A DNA stretch of 64,000 nucleotides from an uncultured Gammaproteobacteria bacterium (GCA_963771515.1 CAVYTG010000001.1:249357-313356); one strand, 5' to 3'; positions 27,903 through 38,093 are shown, numbered from the stretch's first letter. The notes: generated by a model not told the origin, from the sequence alone. Numbers and translations: made by a program.

Positions 27903-28659
27903 TAGCTGGAAGCGGTAATTCACCATCCACTAAAAATGATGCTAAGGAAAATTGCTTGAATTGAGGGGTCATTATGCTGAGACGGGAAAACGTTACCCTC
28001 TTTTGAGTAGCCATGCATTGCCATGTCTGAAAAGAAAGGGGGTTCGGTTTTTTATGTAGGAATGCGGTCGGTGTAAATAGTGCGATGTTAATGGCTGGTG
28101 TTTGCGTGCGAGCAGAATGATAACAAAAAGCTTTAAGTCCTGCTTCTCTCATAGATTTTCCTAGAGATTGGCTGATTTTATAGGAAGTTGGGGATGAGAT
28201 AAGAGGGCTGTATTCCAAAAAAGGGGGAGAAGTTAAATCGATACCTCGAGAAGCTTTCACCTCTGCAGAAAAAGCAGTAAAAAGGGATCGAACTTCTTGT
28301 AATGGTGCTTTAGTGCCACGTAAAAAGTTGAATCGATAGAATGCAGTTTCTGACATTGCGGTTTCCAGATGTAGAGATCCGTACCAAAGTGATTCCTCAA
28401 ATAGATGACCAAATCGAGAGCCATGCTGTAGTGGGGGTTGTCGAAAAGGTGTGATAAGTAAAGCATGAAATTTGTTAAATTCATGAGAGGTATGAAGTCT
28501 ACTTTCTGCCAACATGTTTTCTAAAAGCATTTGTTCTTCGTGAGAGTCGACCAGCTTTTGTATACTCAATAAACTTTGTGCCTCTGTTATCCTCCAGGCA
28601 GTTTCTTGGAGTAGAGTAATGTGAGTTTCTCCGTTGCAGTGTTTCCAAATAGCGTCCAT
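27898..28659 (-). CDS. RES-domain toxin (ParT/MbcT-like NAD+-targeting type II toxin).
   Basis: GSRFGH (Arg), LWYGSLHLETAMSET (Tyr...Glu-Thr-Ala) and YHSARTQ (Ser) match the R-E-S signature; immediately downstream of the Xre/DUF2384 antitoxin with a 3-bp gap. Confidence 0.7.
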   Translation of the reverse strand: MDAIWKHCNGETHITLLQETAWRITEAQSLLSIQKLVDSHEEQMLLENMLAESRLHTSHEFNKFHALLITPFRQPPLQHGSRFGHLFEESLWYGSLHLETAMSETAFYRFNFLRGTKAPLQEVRSLFTAFSAEVKASRGIDLTSPPFLEYSPLISSPTSYKISQSLGKSMREAGLKAFCYHSARTQTPAINIALFTPTAFLHKKPNPLSFQTWQCMATQKRVTFSRLSIMTPQFKQFSLASFLVDGELPLPAN

Positions 28660-28662
28660 GTT

Positions 28663-29109
28663 TTAGTTTTTGCCTCGCATTGCATCTAAATATTGGAGCG
28701 TTAGAATGAGTCCTTCAATAGATTTAATGAGCTTGATAGGGGTTTCACCAAGATGTATATTTTCACTTCTTAGCCATAATTCACACTGGGTTGAGTTGCC
28801 GCCTAAAAGGGAATCTAAGCTTTGATAAAGGCGAATTAACAGAATACCTAGTTGGCCTTCCTTGGATTTGGGGTTTAAGCAAGTATGATTATCATGAAAC
28901 AAGCGACTTAAAGAAGATTCGCTTAGCCCAATGATCGCAGATAACTCTTGTCGAGACAGTTTGAGCATTTCGGAGGAGCGTATCAATGCTTTAGTTAGGA
29001 CATATTTTTTTTCGGGTAATTCTTTTTTTTGAGACTTTAAAGCAGGTTTGGGCATATAAGATTCCTCCATTTCAAATGAAATTTTATCAGAAAATCCGGC
29101 CATTTGCAA
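28663..29109 (-). CDS. Xre/MbcA/ParS-family antitoxin (HTH + DUF2384 toxin-binding domain).
   Basis: HTH segment LSRQELSAIIGLSESSLSRL followed by a C-terminal helical domain; canonical antitoxin-first arrangement with the RES toxin. Confidence 0.7.
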   Translation of the reverse strand: MQMAGFSDKISFEMEESYMPKPALKSQKKELPEKKYVLTKALIRSSEMLKLSRQELSAIIGLSESSLSRLFHDNHTCLNPKSKEGQLGILLIRLYQSLDSLLGGNSTQCELWLRSENIHLGETPIKLIKSIEGLILTLQYLDAMRGKN

Positions 29110-29140
29110 AAAACAAGTTGAGAAGATGCCTGAATATTTC

Positions 29141-29824
29141 TTATAATAATCCTGTCAAAAAAAGTACAACCTTTTGAAAAAATACAAGAAAAGGCAACAA
29201 AATATAGCTGAGGATGCCTGTCCATAGCAGCGCGAGTAAAATGAAAAAACCATAAGGTTCAAGGCGGCTATAAGCCTCTTCAAGGTTGGGGGGCAATAAT
29301 GTTGAAACGACACGACTGCCATCTAAGGGTGGAATAGGAATCAAGTTTAAGACCATCAGGATGAGGTTGATTAAAATACCGGCTTTGCCCATAAAAATTA
29401 AGGCAACCAGACTCCCAAACTGAGGTTGAAGCATAAGGCCAATTTTCAGAATGAATGCCCAACCCAGGGCCATTAAAAAATTGGAAAGGGGACCGGCGAA
29501 AGCAACCAGAATTTTATCTCTTTTGGGGTTTTTAAAGTTGTTCCAGTTAACAGGGACCGGCTTTGCCCAGCCAAAAATAAAAGGGGTGCCGCTCATTTTG
29601 CTTAAAAATAAAAGCACGATAGGCACAATAACGGTCCCTATGGGGTCAATATGTTTTAAAGGGTTGAGTGTCACGCGTCCCAGCAAGAGGGCGGTTTTAT
29701 CTCCTAATTTGTTTGCAACCCACCCATGTGCAGCTTCATGCAGGGTGATTGCAAATAAAACAGGCAATGCCCAGGCGGCGATGAGTTGAGTTAAAGAGAG
29801 CGTTTGATCCATGGGTTCAACCAT
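29141..29824 (-). CDS. Site-2 protease family (peptidase M50) membrane metalloprotease.
   Basis: HEAAHG zinc-binding motif in the first TM helix; 5-6 TM helices; 227 aa. Confidence 0.7.
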   Translation of the reverse strand: MVEPMDQTLSLTQLIAAWALPVLFAITLHEAAHGWVANKLGDKTALLLGRVTLNPLKHIDPIGTVIVPIVLLFLSKMSGTPFIFGWAKPVPVNWNNFKNPKRDKILVAFAGPLSNFLMALGWAFILKIGLMLQPQFGSLVALIFMGKAGILINLILMVLNLIPIPPLDGSRVVSTLLPPNLEEAYSRLEPYGFFILLALLWTGILSYILLPFLVFFQKVVLFLTGLL

Positions 29825-30405
29825 TAATTTTGAATGTACTCAAATAGTTTAGTCACTTTTTTGACACCTGGCACTCTGCGGGCAACTTGGGCTGCCAGGT
29901 GACCTTGTTCTGGTTCAACGATGCCCATTAAATAGACGACATGGTTTTCCGTAGTCACTTTGATTTGAGTGGAGTCTAAAGCATAACGTCTGAACATAGC
30001 AGTTTTTACCTTGGTGGTGATTAAGGTATCTTCAGCACGAGTTTGTAAGCTGGTTGACCTGCCGATGGTCACTTGATCGTAAATTTTACGATGGGGGATG
30101 GATTGTATGATGCTGAGTGCTCGGTCGCGTACAGCGATATTTGGGGCTTGGCCAGAGAGTAAGACGACGCCATTGAGTACGGTGATTGTCACATGTGCGC
30201 TGTTAGAAATCACAGGGTCGCTTGTAAAGCGGCTGAGGATTTGTCGTTGAATTTGCTTGTCTTGCAGAATTGTTCTGATGTGACGTCGATCATTGAGCAT
30301 CATGCCGCTTCCTGCTGCTGCGCCTGCAATGACAAGAGGAGCACAAGCTTGCAATAAGGTGAGTGGTAAAATCAGAAAAACAGAAAGGAGGGCTTTTTTA
30401 AACAT
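29824..30405 (-). CDS. dolP: Dual-BON-domain outer-membrane lipoprotein (DolP/YraP).
   Basis: Lipobox LLQAC; two BON-like domains; conserved position after diaA-yraN-lpoA as in E. coli. Confidence 0.75.
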   Translation of the reverse strand: MFKKALLSVFLILPLTLLQACAPLVIAGAAAGSGMMLNDRRHIRTILQDKQIQRQILSRFTSDPVISNSAHVTITVLNGVVLLSGQAPNIAVRDRALSIIQSIPHRKIYDQVTIGRSTSLQTRAEDTLITTKVKTAMFRRYALDSTQIKVTTENHVVYLMGIVEPEQGHLAAQVARRVPGVKKVTKLFEYIQN

Positions 30406-30433
30406 GATGCAGACTCATTGTTTAGGGAGGTGT

Positions 30434-31018
<585 letters not shown>

Positions 31019-31369
31019 CTAAAATGCGCTTTTAATCCAGTGAACCTTTCCTTGGGACATATCGATCACATCAAATCGACAGTTTTTTTTCTCCAGCATT
31101 TTTTCCTTTTGCAGATAAAAGAGTGCAGCGTTTCTCAGTTTATTTTGTTTCCTAAAGTCGACACTTTCTGCACCACAACCATAACGAGTCTGGCTTCTAT
31201 ATTTAACTTCAACAAATACCAGCGTGTTTTTATCTTCCATGATTAGGTCAATCTCACCCAGACGAGACCGAAAGCGAGAAGCCAGTAACTTTAATCCTTT
31301 CTTTTTAAGAAATAAAGCAGCTTCTTGTTCTTCTGCTTCTCCAGGCTTCAGATGATCCATTATTCGCAT
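31019..31369 (-). CDS. yraN: UPF0102 family protein YraN (endonuclease-like).
   Basis: GEIDLIMED...LVFVEVKYR motif typical of YraN; 116 aa. Confidence 0.8.
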   Translation of the reverse strand: MRIMDHLKPGEAEEQEAALFLKKKGLKLLASRFRSRLGEIDLIMEDKNTLVFVEVKYRSQTRYGCGAESVDFRKQNKLRNAALFYLQKEKMLEKKNCRFDVIDMSQGKVHWIKSAF

Positions 31370-32544
31370 TACTGAGAAATGTTAACCGGTAATCCATTGC
31401 GGATTTGAAACCATCTCAGCTGTCGATGAATTTTGTTCTCTCTATCTACAGTTAAATAACCGGTTGCTCCATACTGAGCACCTGTGGCGTTAGAAACCAG
31501 GCGGTAAGCATCTACACCCAGTGCATAAAATCGTGGAAACTGGTGATAATGGTTAGACCAAAGGGTCTTGGTGTGCTGCTTAATGGAGGCTAAGGGCTCT
31601 GATAATTGTGCTGTGCTAATCCAGGGGATATCACAGAAATAAAGACCATTCAGCTCCTGATCTTGAGCAGGGTTGGGAATGCCAGAATAGGCTGAAGAGG
31701 TTGCATAAACGGGAATATGATGAGCATAGTGATATTTTAATAAGGATAAAATTTCTTTTGCATTGGTTGGAGAGGGAGCTGCGAGCAGGATTACCTCAAA
31801 ATCTTGACGGTGAGTAGAGGGCTGATTGGGCTTTTCTCCCTGAGTGACTTTTAGTAAATGTGGAATTTCATGAGAAAGCTGCTGCATAGAAGTTGCGTAA
31901 GCGAGTTGCTCTACTACGCGGCCGCCGAGTGCTTGCCATTGTTTGTTCAATGTGATGGCAGCAGTCTTTCCCCAAGCAGTATTGGGGGTAAGAATGATCG
32001 CTTTTCTATAGCCGCTTGCGTAGGCTTTTTGAGCAATAGCCTGATATTCATCAATTGGGGATAGGCCAAATTGATAAAAGCGCATGCTTTTTGGAAGCGC
32101 TGTATCTGGCATGTTGAGAGCCAGGGTTGGGACGCTGTGTTCTGGCAGGTTGGCAACCCGCTGTACTTCTTCCTTGGTCAGAGGGCCAACAATGACATTG
32201 GCGCCTTGATCAACTGCTCTTTGGTAGAGTTCTACCACATTTTTTCCAGAAGTATCGATAATATTCACCTGGCTTTCAACGTGGCGTTGTTTCTTGTCTG
32301 CATCATGTGCTGCCAGGAAACCATTTCGAATGGCTTGAGAAGGTCCAGCATAGCGGCCATGCAAAGGAAGCATTAAAGTGATTTTTTGGTTTTGTTGGGG
32401 TTTAATATTCAGGACTGCAGTATGGGTTGTGCCTGGGAAGAAACTGGATGAGGAGGTAGAGAGATTCGTACAGGCAGTTAAAGAAAGTAAAAAGAGAGTG
32501 TTCAATATACAGATTTTCAGGTATTTTTTTAAACAGTATTTCAT
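31369..32544 (-). CDS. lpoA: Penicillin-binding protein activator LpoA (lipoprotein); start chosen at MKYCLKKYL to give lipobox LSLTAC and avoid overlapping rsmI.
   Basis: Periplasmic-binding-protein-like domain; divergent from rsmI as in E. coli yraL/yraM. Confidence 0.7.
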   Translation of the reverse strand: MKYCLKKYLKICILNTLFLLSLTACTNLSTSSSSFFPGTTHTAVLNIKPQQNQKITLMLPLHGRYAGPSQAIRNGFLAAHDADKKQRHVESQVNIIDTSGKNVVELYQRAVDQGANVIVGPLTKEEVQRVANLPEHSVPTLALNMPDTALPKSMRFYQFGLSPIDEYQAIAQKAYASGYRKAIILTPNTAWGKTAAITLNKQWQALGGRVVEQLAYATSMQQLSHEIPHLLKVTQGEKPNQPSTHRQDFEVILLAAPSPTNAKEILSLLKYHYAHHIPVYATSSAYSGIPNPAQDQELNGLYFCDIPWISTAQLSEPLASIKQHTKTLWSNHYHQFPRFYALGVDAYRLVSNATGAQYGATGYLTVDRENKIHRQLRWFQIRNGLPVNISQ

Positions 32545-32580
32545 GGTATCCATCCAGTTATTCATAGAGAGATTCTCATT

Positions 32581-33438
32581 TTGATGAAACAAGCATGTGG
32601 CCAACTATTCATTGTAGCAACTCCCATAGGGAATTTGGAAGATATTAGTCAGCGAGCTGTGCGTATTTTATCTGAAGTCAGTTTGATTGCAGCAGAAGAT
32701 ACGCGTCATAGCAAAAAGTTACTGGCGCACTTAGGCATCAAAACCCCCATTTTATCGCTCCATGCACACAATGAGCAAGACCGTATTCCTCAATTATTAT
32801 CACACTTGTCTTCTGGTGCTGATTTGGCTCTGATTTCGGATGCAGGGACTCCGTTGATCAGTGACCCCGGCCAGAGTTTGGTGCGTGAGGCGGTTCAAGC
32901 AGGTTTTTCTGTAGTTCCCATCCCTGGCCCTTGTGCATTGATTGCTGCATTGAGTGCGGCTGGACTGCCGGCCAGTCGCTTTGTCTTTGAGGGGTTTTTG
33001 CCTGTGAAATCTGCTGCCAGATTAGAGCGGCTCAAGGTATTACAGTCTGAAACGAGAACCTGGGTTTTGTATGAGTCTCCGCATCGTATTATGGGTTTAA
33101 TCAACGATATGATTAAAGTATTGGGGGTAGATCGTTATATTGTGATTGGGCGAGAGTTAACCAAATTATTTGAAACCATTCAAGGAGGTCAGCTGGCAGA
33201 AATCCAGACTTGGTTAATGGAAGATACCAATCATCAAAAAGGAGAGTTTGTGTTGGTCGTTTCTGGGGCTGAAGAGGCACAAACAGGGTTGGAGGCCTCT
33301 GCCTTATCGACTTTAAATATTTTGCTGGAAGCTTTGCCGTTAAAACAGGCAGTGAAGTTGGCCGTCCAGATTACAGGCGAAAATAGAAATCGCTTGTATG
33401 CAGCGGCAGTGAACAGGGGGGGAGACCAACCCTTATAA
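32581..33438 (+). CDS. rsmI: 16S rRNA (cytidine1402-2'-O)-methyltransferase.
   Basis: Tetrapyrrole-methylase fold motif LFIVATPIGNLEDIS; 285 aa. Confidence 0.85.
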   Translation: MMKQACGQLFIVATPIGNLEDISQRAVRILSEVSLIAAEDTRHSKKLLAHLGIKTPILSLHAHNEQDRIPQLLSHLSSGADLALISDAGTPLISDPGQSLVREAVQAGFSVVPIPGPCALIAALSAAGLPASRFVFEGFLPVKSAARLERLKVLQSETRTWVLYESPHRIMGLINDMIKVLGVDRYIVIGRELTKLFETIQGGQLAEIQTWLMEDTNHQKGEFVLVVSGAEEAQTGLEASALSTLNILLEALPLKQAVKLAVQITGENRNRLYAAAVNRGGDQPL

Positions 33439-33520
33439 ATAGGCTTCCTCAAATTTGCTCAAAATTTGCCTCCATTACCCACATTTTGTAACAAAAAAAT
33501 GAAATGTAAACACACCCTAG
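33439..33520. repeat. Partial AT-rich family copy (3' core half ataggcttcctcaaatttgctcaaaatttgcctccattacccacattttg + aaatgaaatgtaaacacaccctag).
   Basis: Matches the 3' half of copy 23038 nearly base for base. Confidence 0.7.
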
Positions 33521-34398
33521 TTTTTAAAATTAAAAGTATTTAAAAATTCTTCTTGTGTTTTTTCTGAATTTTTCAGGTCATCAACAGACATTTTTTCTTC
33601 TTCAAAAGAAGCATCAAAACCATTTTTTGGTTTTTCAAAAAGCTTGTCTAAGTTACTTTGAGGAAATTCATTATTAATTTTATAGTTTTTATGATCTTCT
33701 TCAACTTTCAAAATTTCTTCATTTGTAGGGTATGATGATATGCAAAAAGAATAGGTGGAAGAAAAATCATTTGATTTTTTGATTTCATGAATATTTGTGT
33801 TTATTTTTTCATTATGATCTGTAATGATCTCAATAATTTCTTCTTTATTAAGCATTTTGGCTATCTCAAGAGGAGTAAAACCATTTAAATCTTTATAAGC
33901 TCCTTTTTGGGTTTGAGTTTCTTCTATTTGCTCCGAATCATTTGCTCCAAGATCAAGTAGTTTCTTTACTAACTCTGGTTTATTAAAAAGAACTGCATTA
34001 TGGAGTATGGTCGCTCCATTAGAGTCATGCAAATTGATTGCATCTGGCACTAGCTCAAGAGTAAACTCAAGAGATTCCATATTTTGGTGAGCTTCTGAGA
34101 TTAATAGCGTTGGATCAGCTCCTTGTTCTATAAAAAAATGAACAGCTTCATAATTTTGCCAAAATATCGCTGCCTCTAGTGGAGACTGATCCATTTTAAA
34201 TTTCCCTGAAATTTCTTGTTTTTCCCACTTCTCATTTAGATCATACTGATCATAATCAAATTGACCAAATTGAGCCTTAATAGGGCTATTATCATGGTTA
34301 TAAATAGCATTCATTATTAATGCTCTATTTATAGAAGGATTTGTGTGAAAGGATAGGTATTTGTTTGCCTCGAAATCCTCATCTACATCAGGCGTCAA
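33517..34398 (-). CDS. Ankyrin-repeat protein; C-terminal portion of a larger ankyrin gene split by the IS at 34518..35666 (upstream frame open to the IS).
   Basis: ANK repeats (GATILHNAVLFNKPELVKKLLDLGAN; GFTPLEIAKMLNKEEIIEII); see the finding for the frame analysis. Confidence 0.7.
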   Translation of the reverse strand: MTPDVDEDFEANKYLSFHTNPSINRALIMNAIYNHDNSPIKAQFGQFDYDQYDLNEKWEKQEISGKFKMDQSPLEAAIFWQNYEAVHFFIEQGADPTLLISEAHQNMESLEFTLELVPDAINLHDSNGATILHNAVLFNKPELVKKLLDLGANDSEQIEETQTQKGAYKDLNGFTPLEIAKMLNKEEIIEIITDHNEKINTNIHEIKKSNDFSSTYSFCISSYPTNEEILKVEEDHKNYKINNEFPQSNLDKLFEKPKNGFDASFEEEKMSVDDLKNSEKTQEEFLNTFNFKN

Positions 34399-34517
34399 TA
34401 TCTTTGAATTTACGATAACAGGCGTGGAAAGATAATCTTGTTTTACATGGCGCGCAAATACAGATGTTAAAAAGCTCGTTATCTCCTCAAAAAAACTTCT
34501 TTCACGTGAGTTTCTTA

Positions 34518-35666
34518 CTCACCTTACGCGCTCCCCATTGACTAATGCTGTAAATTAATTAAATTTTGTTCATTGTTTTTAAAAGGAAAAGGACGATGAA
34601 CAAACAACTATTAGATATTTATAGCGATTATCTGATTAGCCAAAATCATCATGCGACGGCTACGGGCTTGTCAGCGATGCTGGATGGAGAGATCAGTCAC
34701 GATCAAGTCAGTCGGCTTTTGCGGGCAGAAGATTATGGTGGTAAGGAGCTTTGGAGTTACATCAAGACTGAGGTGCGCCGCCATCAGGAAGCTAGAGGAG
34801 GTGTTCTGTTGCTGGATGATACCATCTCAGAGAAAAGCTATACGGATGAAAATGAGGTCAATTGTTGGCATTTCTCGCATGCCAAACATCGACATGTAAA
34901 AGGGATCAATCTTCTTTCATGTCTTGTTCGTTATGGGGACGTAGCGCTTCCTGTGGGGTATGACATTGTGAAAAAAGATATCCTTTATTCTGATATTGAA
35001 ACTCGTAGGCGAAAGAGAAAATCCAGTATCAGCAAAAATGTCATGTTTCGCTCTCTCGTTCAGCAAGCTATTGATAATCAGGTGCTCTTTGATTACGTGC
35101 TGGCTGATAACTGGTTTGGCTCAAAAGCAAATATGGTTTTCATTCATGAAGCTCTGAACAAAAATTTTATTTTTGGTATCAAGTCAAATCGGTGCGTAGC
35201 ATTGACAGGACAAGATGCTAAAAGCGGTCAATTTCAACAGATTAATTCACTGGACTGGAACGACGGTGACTGTCTCACTGTCTATCTTAGGGATGTGTTT
35301 TTCCCTGTTAAGCTTCTCAAAAAAGTCTTCACAAACGAGGACGGATCCATTGGGACGCTTTATCTGGTCACAAATGATTTGTCAATTGATGCTGACCGCA
35401 TCTACGAAGTCTACCAAAAACGGTGGCGAATTGAAGAGTTTCATAAATCTATTAAACAAAATGCCAGCTTGTCAAAGTCTCCTACCAAAACCACTCGCAC
35501 CCAATGTAATCATCTGTTTGCCTCAATGATCGCTTTTTGCAAGCTCGAGCTTTTGAAAGTAAAAACTTCTCTGAATCATTTTGCCATTAAACAAAAATTG
35601 CTCCTCAAGGCTAATCAAATGATGTTTAACGAGCTGCAGCTCTTGAAAGCCTCTGCGTAAGGTGAG
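34518..35666 (+). mobile_element. Complete IS4/IS5-superfamily insertion sequence (1149 bp) with 12-bp perfect TIRs (ctcaccttacgc / gcgtaaggtgag) and a 7-bp TSD tttctta.
   Basis: TIRs and direct repeats read directly at 34511..34529 and 35655..35673; single transposase ORF fills the element. Confidence 0.8.
34566..35660 (+). CDS. IS4-family DDE transposase.
   Basis: C-terminal YQKRWRIEEFHKSIK is the Y(2)R(3)E(6)K IS4-family signature; DDE residues plausible (LLDDT, VLADNWF). Confidence 0.85.
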   Translation: MFIVFKRKRTMNKQLLDIYSDYLISQNHHATATGLSAMLDGEISHDQVSRLLRAEDYGGKELWSYIKTEVRRHQEARGGVLLLDDTISEKSYTDENEVNCWHFSHAKHRHVKGINLLSCLVRYGDVALPVGYDIVKKDILYSDIETRRRKRKSSISKNVMFRSLVQQAIDNQVLFDYVLADNWFGSKANMVFIHEALNKNFIFGIKSNRCVALTGQDAKSGQFQQINSLDWNDGDCLTVYLRDVFFPVKLLKKVFTNEDGSIGTLYLVTNDLSIDADRIYEVYQKRWRIEEFHKSIKQNASLSKSPTKTTRTQCNHLFASMIAFCKLELLKVKTSLNHFAIKQKLLLKANQMMFNELQLLKASA

Positions 35667-36226
35667 TTTCTTATATTTTCAAGCACAAATCTGGAAGCTG
35701 AAACATCATCTTCAAAAGATTTGATTTCATTATTGTTGGAATTATAGACTGTAACCATTCCATCTAATTCTCTGCCTACATAAATATCATGGTTTAAGAA
35801 AGATAAAACTGTAGATTGCCCTGCCTGCAAAGGTGTAATGAGTCTGTGAATATCTTCGCTAGTGGTTGCGATAATACTGTGTTTATCAGTCGGCTGAAGT
35901 GTATTAATTTCGTTCTTTTTTGGAAAATAACCTTGTGCATCCTGCGATTTAACAATTCTTCTAATAAACTTCTTTGTTTCTTCGTCAGGCTCTTCATGAT
36001 TTGCTTTTGTGGCTTTTTTAACTAATTCGATAAAATTTTCTTTTTTATTTTTTGCGTTATATTCCGCGAAAACATGGGATAAGCCGGAACAAGTTCCACC
36101 TTCATCCAAAATCAACTTATTTAAGTGATTCCGTTCTGCATAACGGTTCCATTGTTCAATTAGCTGAGCTTGATTTATAATTCCTCTGTTTTCAGAATGT
36201 AGGCGCATCTCTCCCTCTCCCCTCAA
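35667..36226 (-). pseudogene. N-terminal portion of the IS-disrupted ankyrin gene; the current ORF (35615..36226) terminates 17 codons into the IS.
   Basis: In-frame with the ankyrin ORF once IS + one TSD copy (1156 bp) are removed; no stops across the junction. Confidence 0.55.
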
Positions 36227-36456
36227 AATAATCTATGTTAAAAATTCTACAGAAATATTCTTAAGGGAGTATGATTAGGTTATAAAATGGAATGCTCTAA
36301 AAATCCGAATTTTTATCTAAAATGAGCAGATATGGTCGTCACTGAATCAAAATCTTCTGTTTTCGTTTCTTTAATTTCTTTGTGGTAGGGTGACTTCTGT
36401 TTGGTATTAAAAGTCCTCCTTTTTGGATCAACTCTGTTTTTAAGAAGGTTTAAATA

Positions 36457-37605
36457 ATGCGTAAGCGTCTTGTTTTGTTATGGATTTTATTCTGGTGTTT
36501 GGGATCAGGAGAAGTATTTGGAAAAACAGTAACCTTGAAAGAAAAAATAGGTCAAATGATTATCATTGGGTTTGAGGGATTATCCATAAAGCCCAATGAT
36601 CCGATCGTAAAGGCCATTTTGTCACAACAAATTGGAGGGGTCATCTTATTTGACTATGATTTCAACACGCAAACATTTAATCGCAATATTCAAACCCCTG
36701 AACAGTTAAGGCGTTTAACGTGTGATTTACAAACATACGCAAAAAAGGCCGCAAAAAGAAAAGGTAATGCATTGTATCCACTTTTTATCAGTGTGGATTA
36801 TGAAGGCGGGGTACGAGGAACCCGCTTGCAAAAACGTCATGGATTTGCTCGCACATTGTCGGCTGCTGAATTAGGAAAGTTAAGCAAGGCATCTGTTCGT
36901 CGTTATGCCAATCAAATGGCGGATACTTTATCTAAATCAGGCATTAATCTGAATTTTGCGCCTGTACTAGATGTCAATGTGAACCCCAGTAGCCCTGCGA
37001 TTGGAAAAGTAAAACGAAGCTTTTCAGCAGATCCTGAAGTGGTTGTTCAATATGCGGAAATTTTTTCAAAAGCGTATCAGGATCGAGGTATTATATGCGC
37101 TTATAAGCACTTTCCCGGGCATGGGAGTGCTGCTGGAGATACCCATGAAGGGTTTGTGGATGTCACAAAAACCTGGAAATCGTTAGAGTTAAAGCCGTAT
37201 GAGATGTTGCTTAAGCAACCTTTTGCTTGTCCTATGGTGATGGTTGCTCATGTGGTGCATTCAAAATTAGATAAGCAGGGTCTTCCTGCAAGTTTATCTT
37301 CTTCTGTCATTCAGGGTTTACTAAGAAAAACACTGAATTTTAATGGGGTAGTTGTGACAGATGATCTGCAAATGAAAGCCATTATAAATCATTATGGGTT
37401 GGTTGAGGCCTTAAGGCTGACTGTGAATGCGGGTGCAGATATACTTGTTTTTGGCAATCAGCTCACTTCGACACCCCAAGATCCAAAAAAAATAGTTGAT
37501 CTCCTTTATGCAGAAGTGAAAGCAGGGGAAATTCCTGAAAGCAGGATTCAGGAAGCGTATGATCGAATCATAAAGTTGAAGAAAAGAGTGAGAGTCAACC
37601 GATAA
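36457..37605 (+). CDS. Periplasmic glycoside hydrolase family 3 (beta-N-acetylhexosaminidase / NagZ-like domain) with signal peptide.
   Basis: GH3 N-terminal domain motifs (KHFPGHG; catalytic Asp region VVTDDLQMKA); signal peptide MRKRLVLLWILFWCLGSG. Confidence 0.7.
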   Translation: MRKRLVLLWILFWCLGSGEVFGKTVTLKEKIGQMIIIGFEGLSIKPNDPIVKAILSQQIGGVILFDYDFNTQTFNRNIQTPEQLRRLTCDLQTYAKKAAKRKGNALYPLFISVDYEGGVRGTRLQKRHGFARTLSAAELGKLSKASVRRYANQMADTLSKSGINLNFAPVLDVNVNPSSPAIGKVKRSFSADPEVVVQYAEIFSKAYQDRGIICAYKHFPGHGSAAGDTHEGFVDVTKTWKSLELKPYEMLLKQPFACPMVMVAHVVHSKLDKQGLPASLSSSVIQGLLRKTLNFNGVVVTDDLQMKAIINHYGLVEALRLTVNAGADILVFGNQLTSTPQDPKKIVDLLYAEVKAGEIPESRIQEAYDRIIKLKKRVRVNR

Positions 37606-38012
37606 GCCGGGTTCTGTCTAGGACAGTCATTTTTCTAGGAAGTATGTCACCATACTCCTCAAGCGGCCCACCCGAATTCAGCGCGAACCACGCTTTCGTG
37701 CCACCCGAAAAAGGCGGCTCTTGAATTCCTATTTGGCCTTGCTCCAGACGGGGTTTACCATGCCTTGTTGGTTGCCTAACAAGCGGTGCGCTCTTACCGC
37801 ACCATTTCACCCTTACTGATTAGAGCGTGTCAAGCATGCATTCCAAGTAAAAAAAATGAATGGTTGACACGTCTAATCAGCGGTATATTTTCTGTTGCAC
37901 TTTCCGTAGGCTCACGCCCCCCAGGCATTACCTGGCGTCTTGTTCTATGGAGCCCGGACTTTCCTCTCGCAAGCCGGGATACCCTGCCTGCCAGCGACTG
38001 TCTGATTGACTC
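37588..38012 (-). ncRNA. rnpB: RNase P RNA, bacterial type A.
   Basis: Minus-strand sequence contains GGAAAGUCCGGGCUCCAUAG (P4), CCAGGUAAUGCCUGGGGGG, AGUGCAACAGAAA, GGGUGAAAUGGUGCGGUAAGAGCGCACCG, GGAGCAAGGCCAAAUAGG and the 3' ACAGAACCCGGCUUAUCGG, collinear with E. coli M1 RNA. Confidence 0.9.
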
Positions 38013-38093
38013 TGAACTTATTTTATCGATTTTTATGATAAAATGCTATCCAGCTATAGGGCGTGTCATCAATGAACATTTGGGTTTTAAAGT

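Noticed and set aside
29280-29789. ORFs 29280..29462 (-) and 29451..29789 (+) within the M50 protease gene.
   Set aside because: Overlap a gene with a clear HEAAHG motif; alternative-frame/antisense artefacts.
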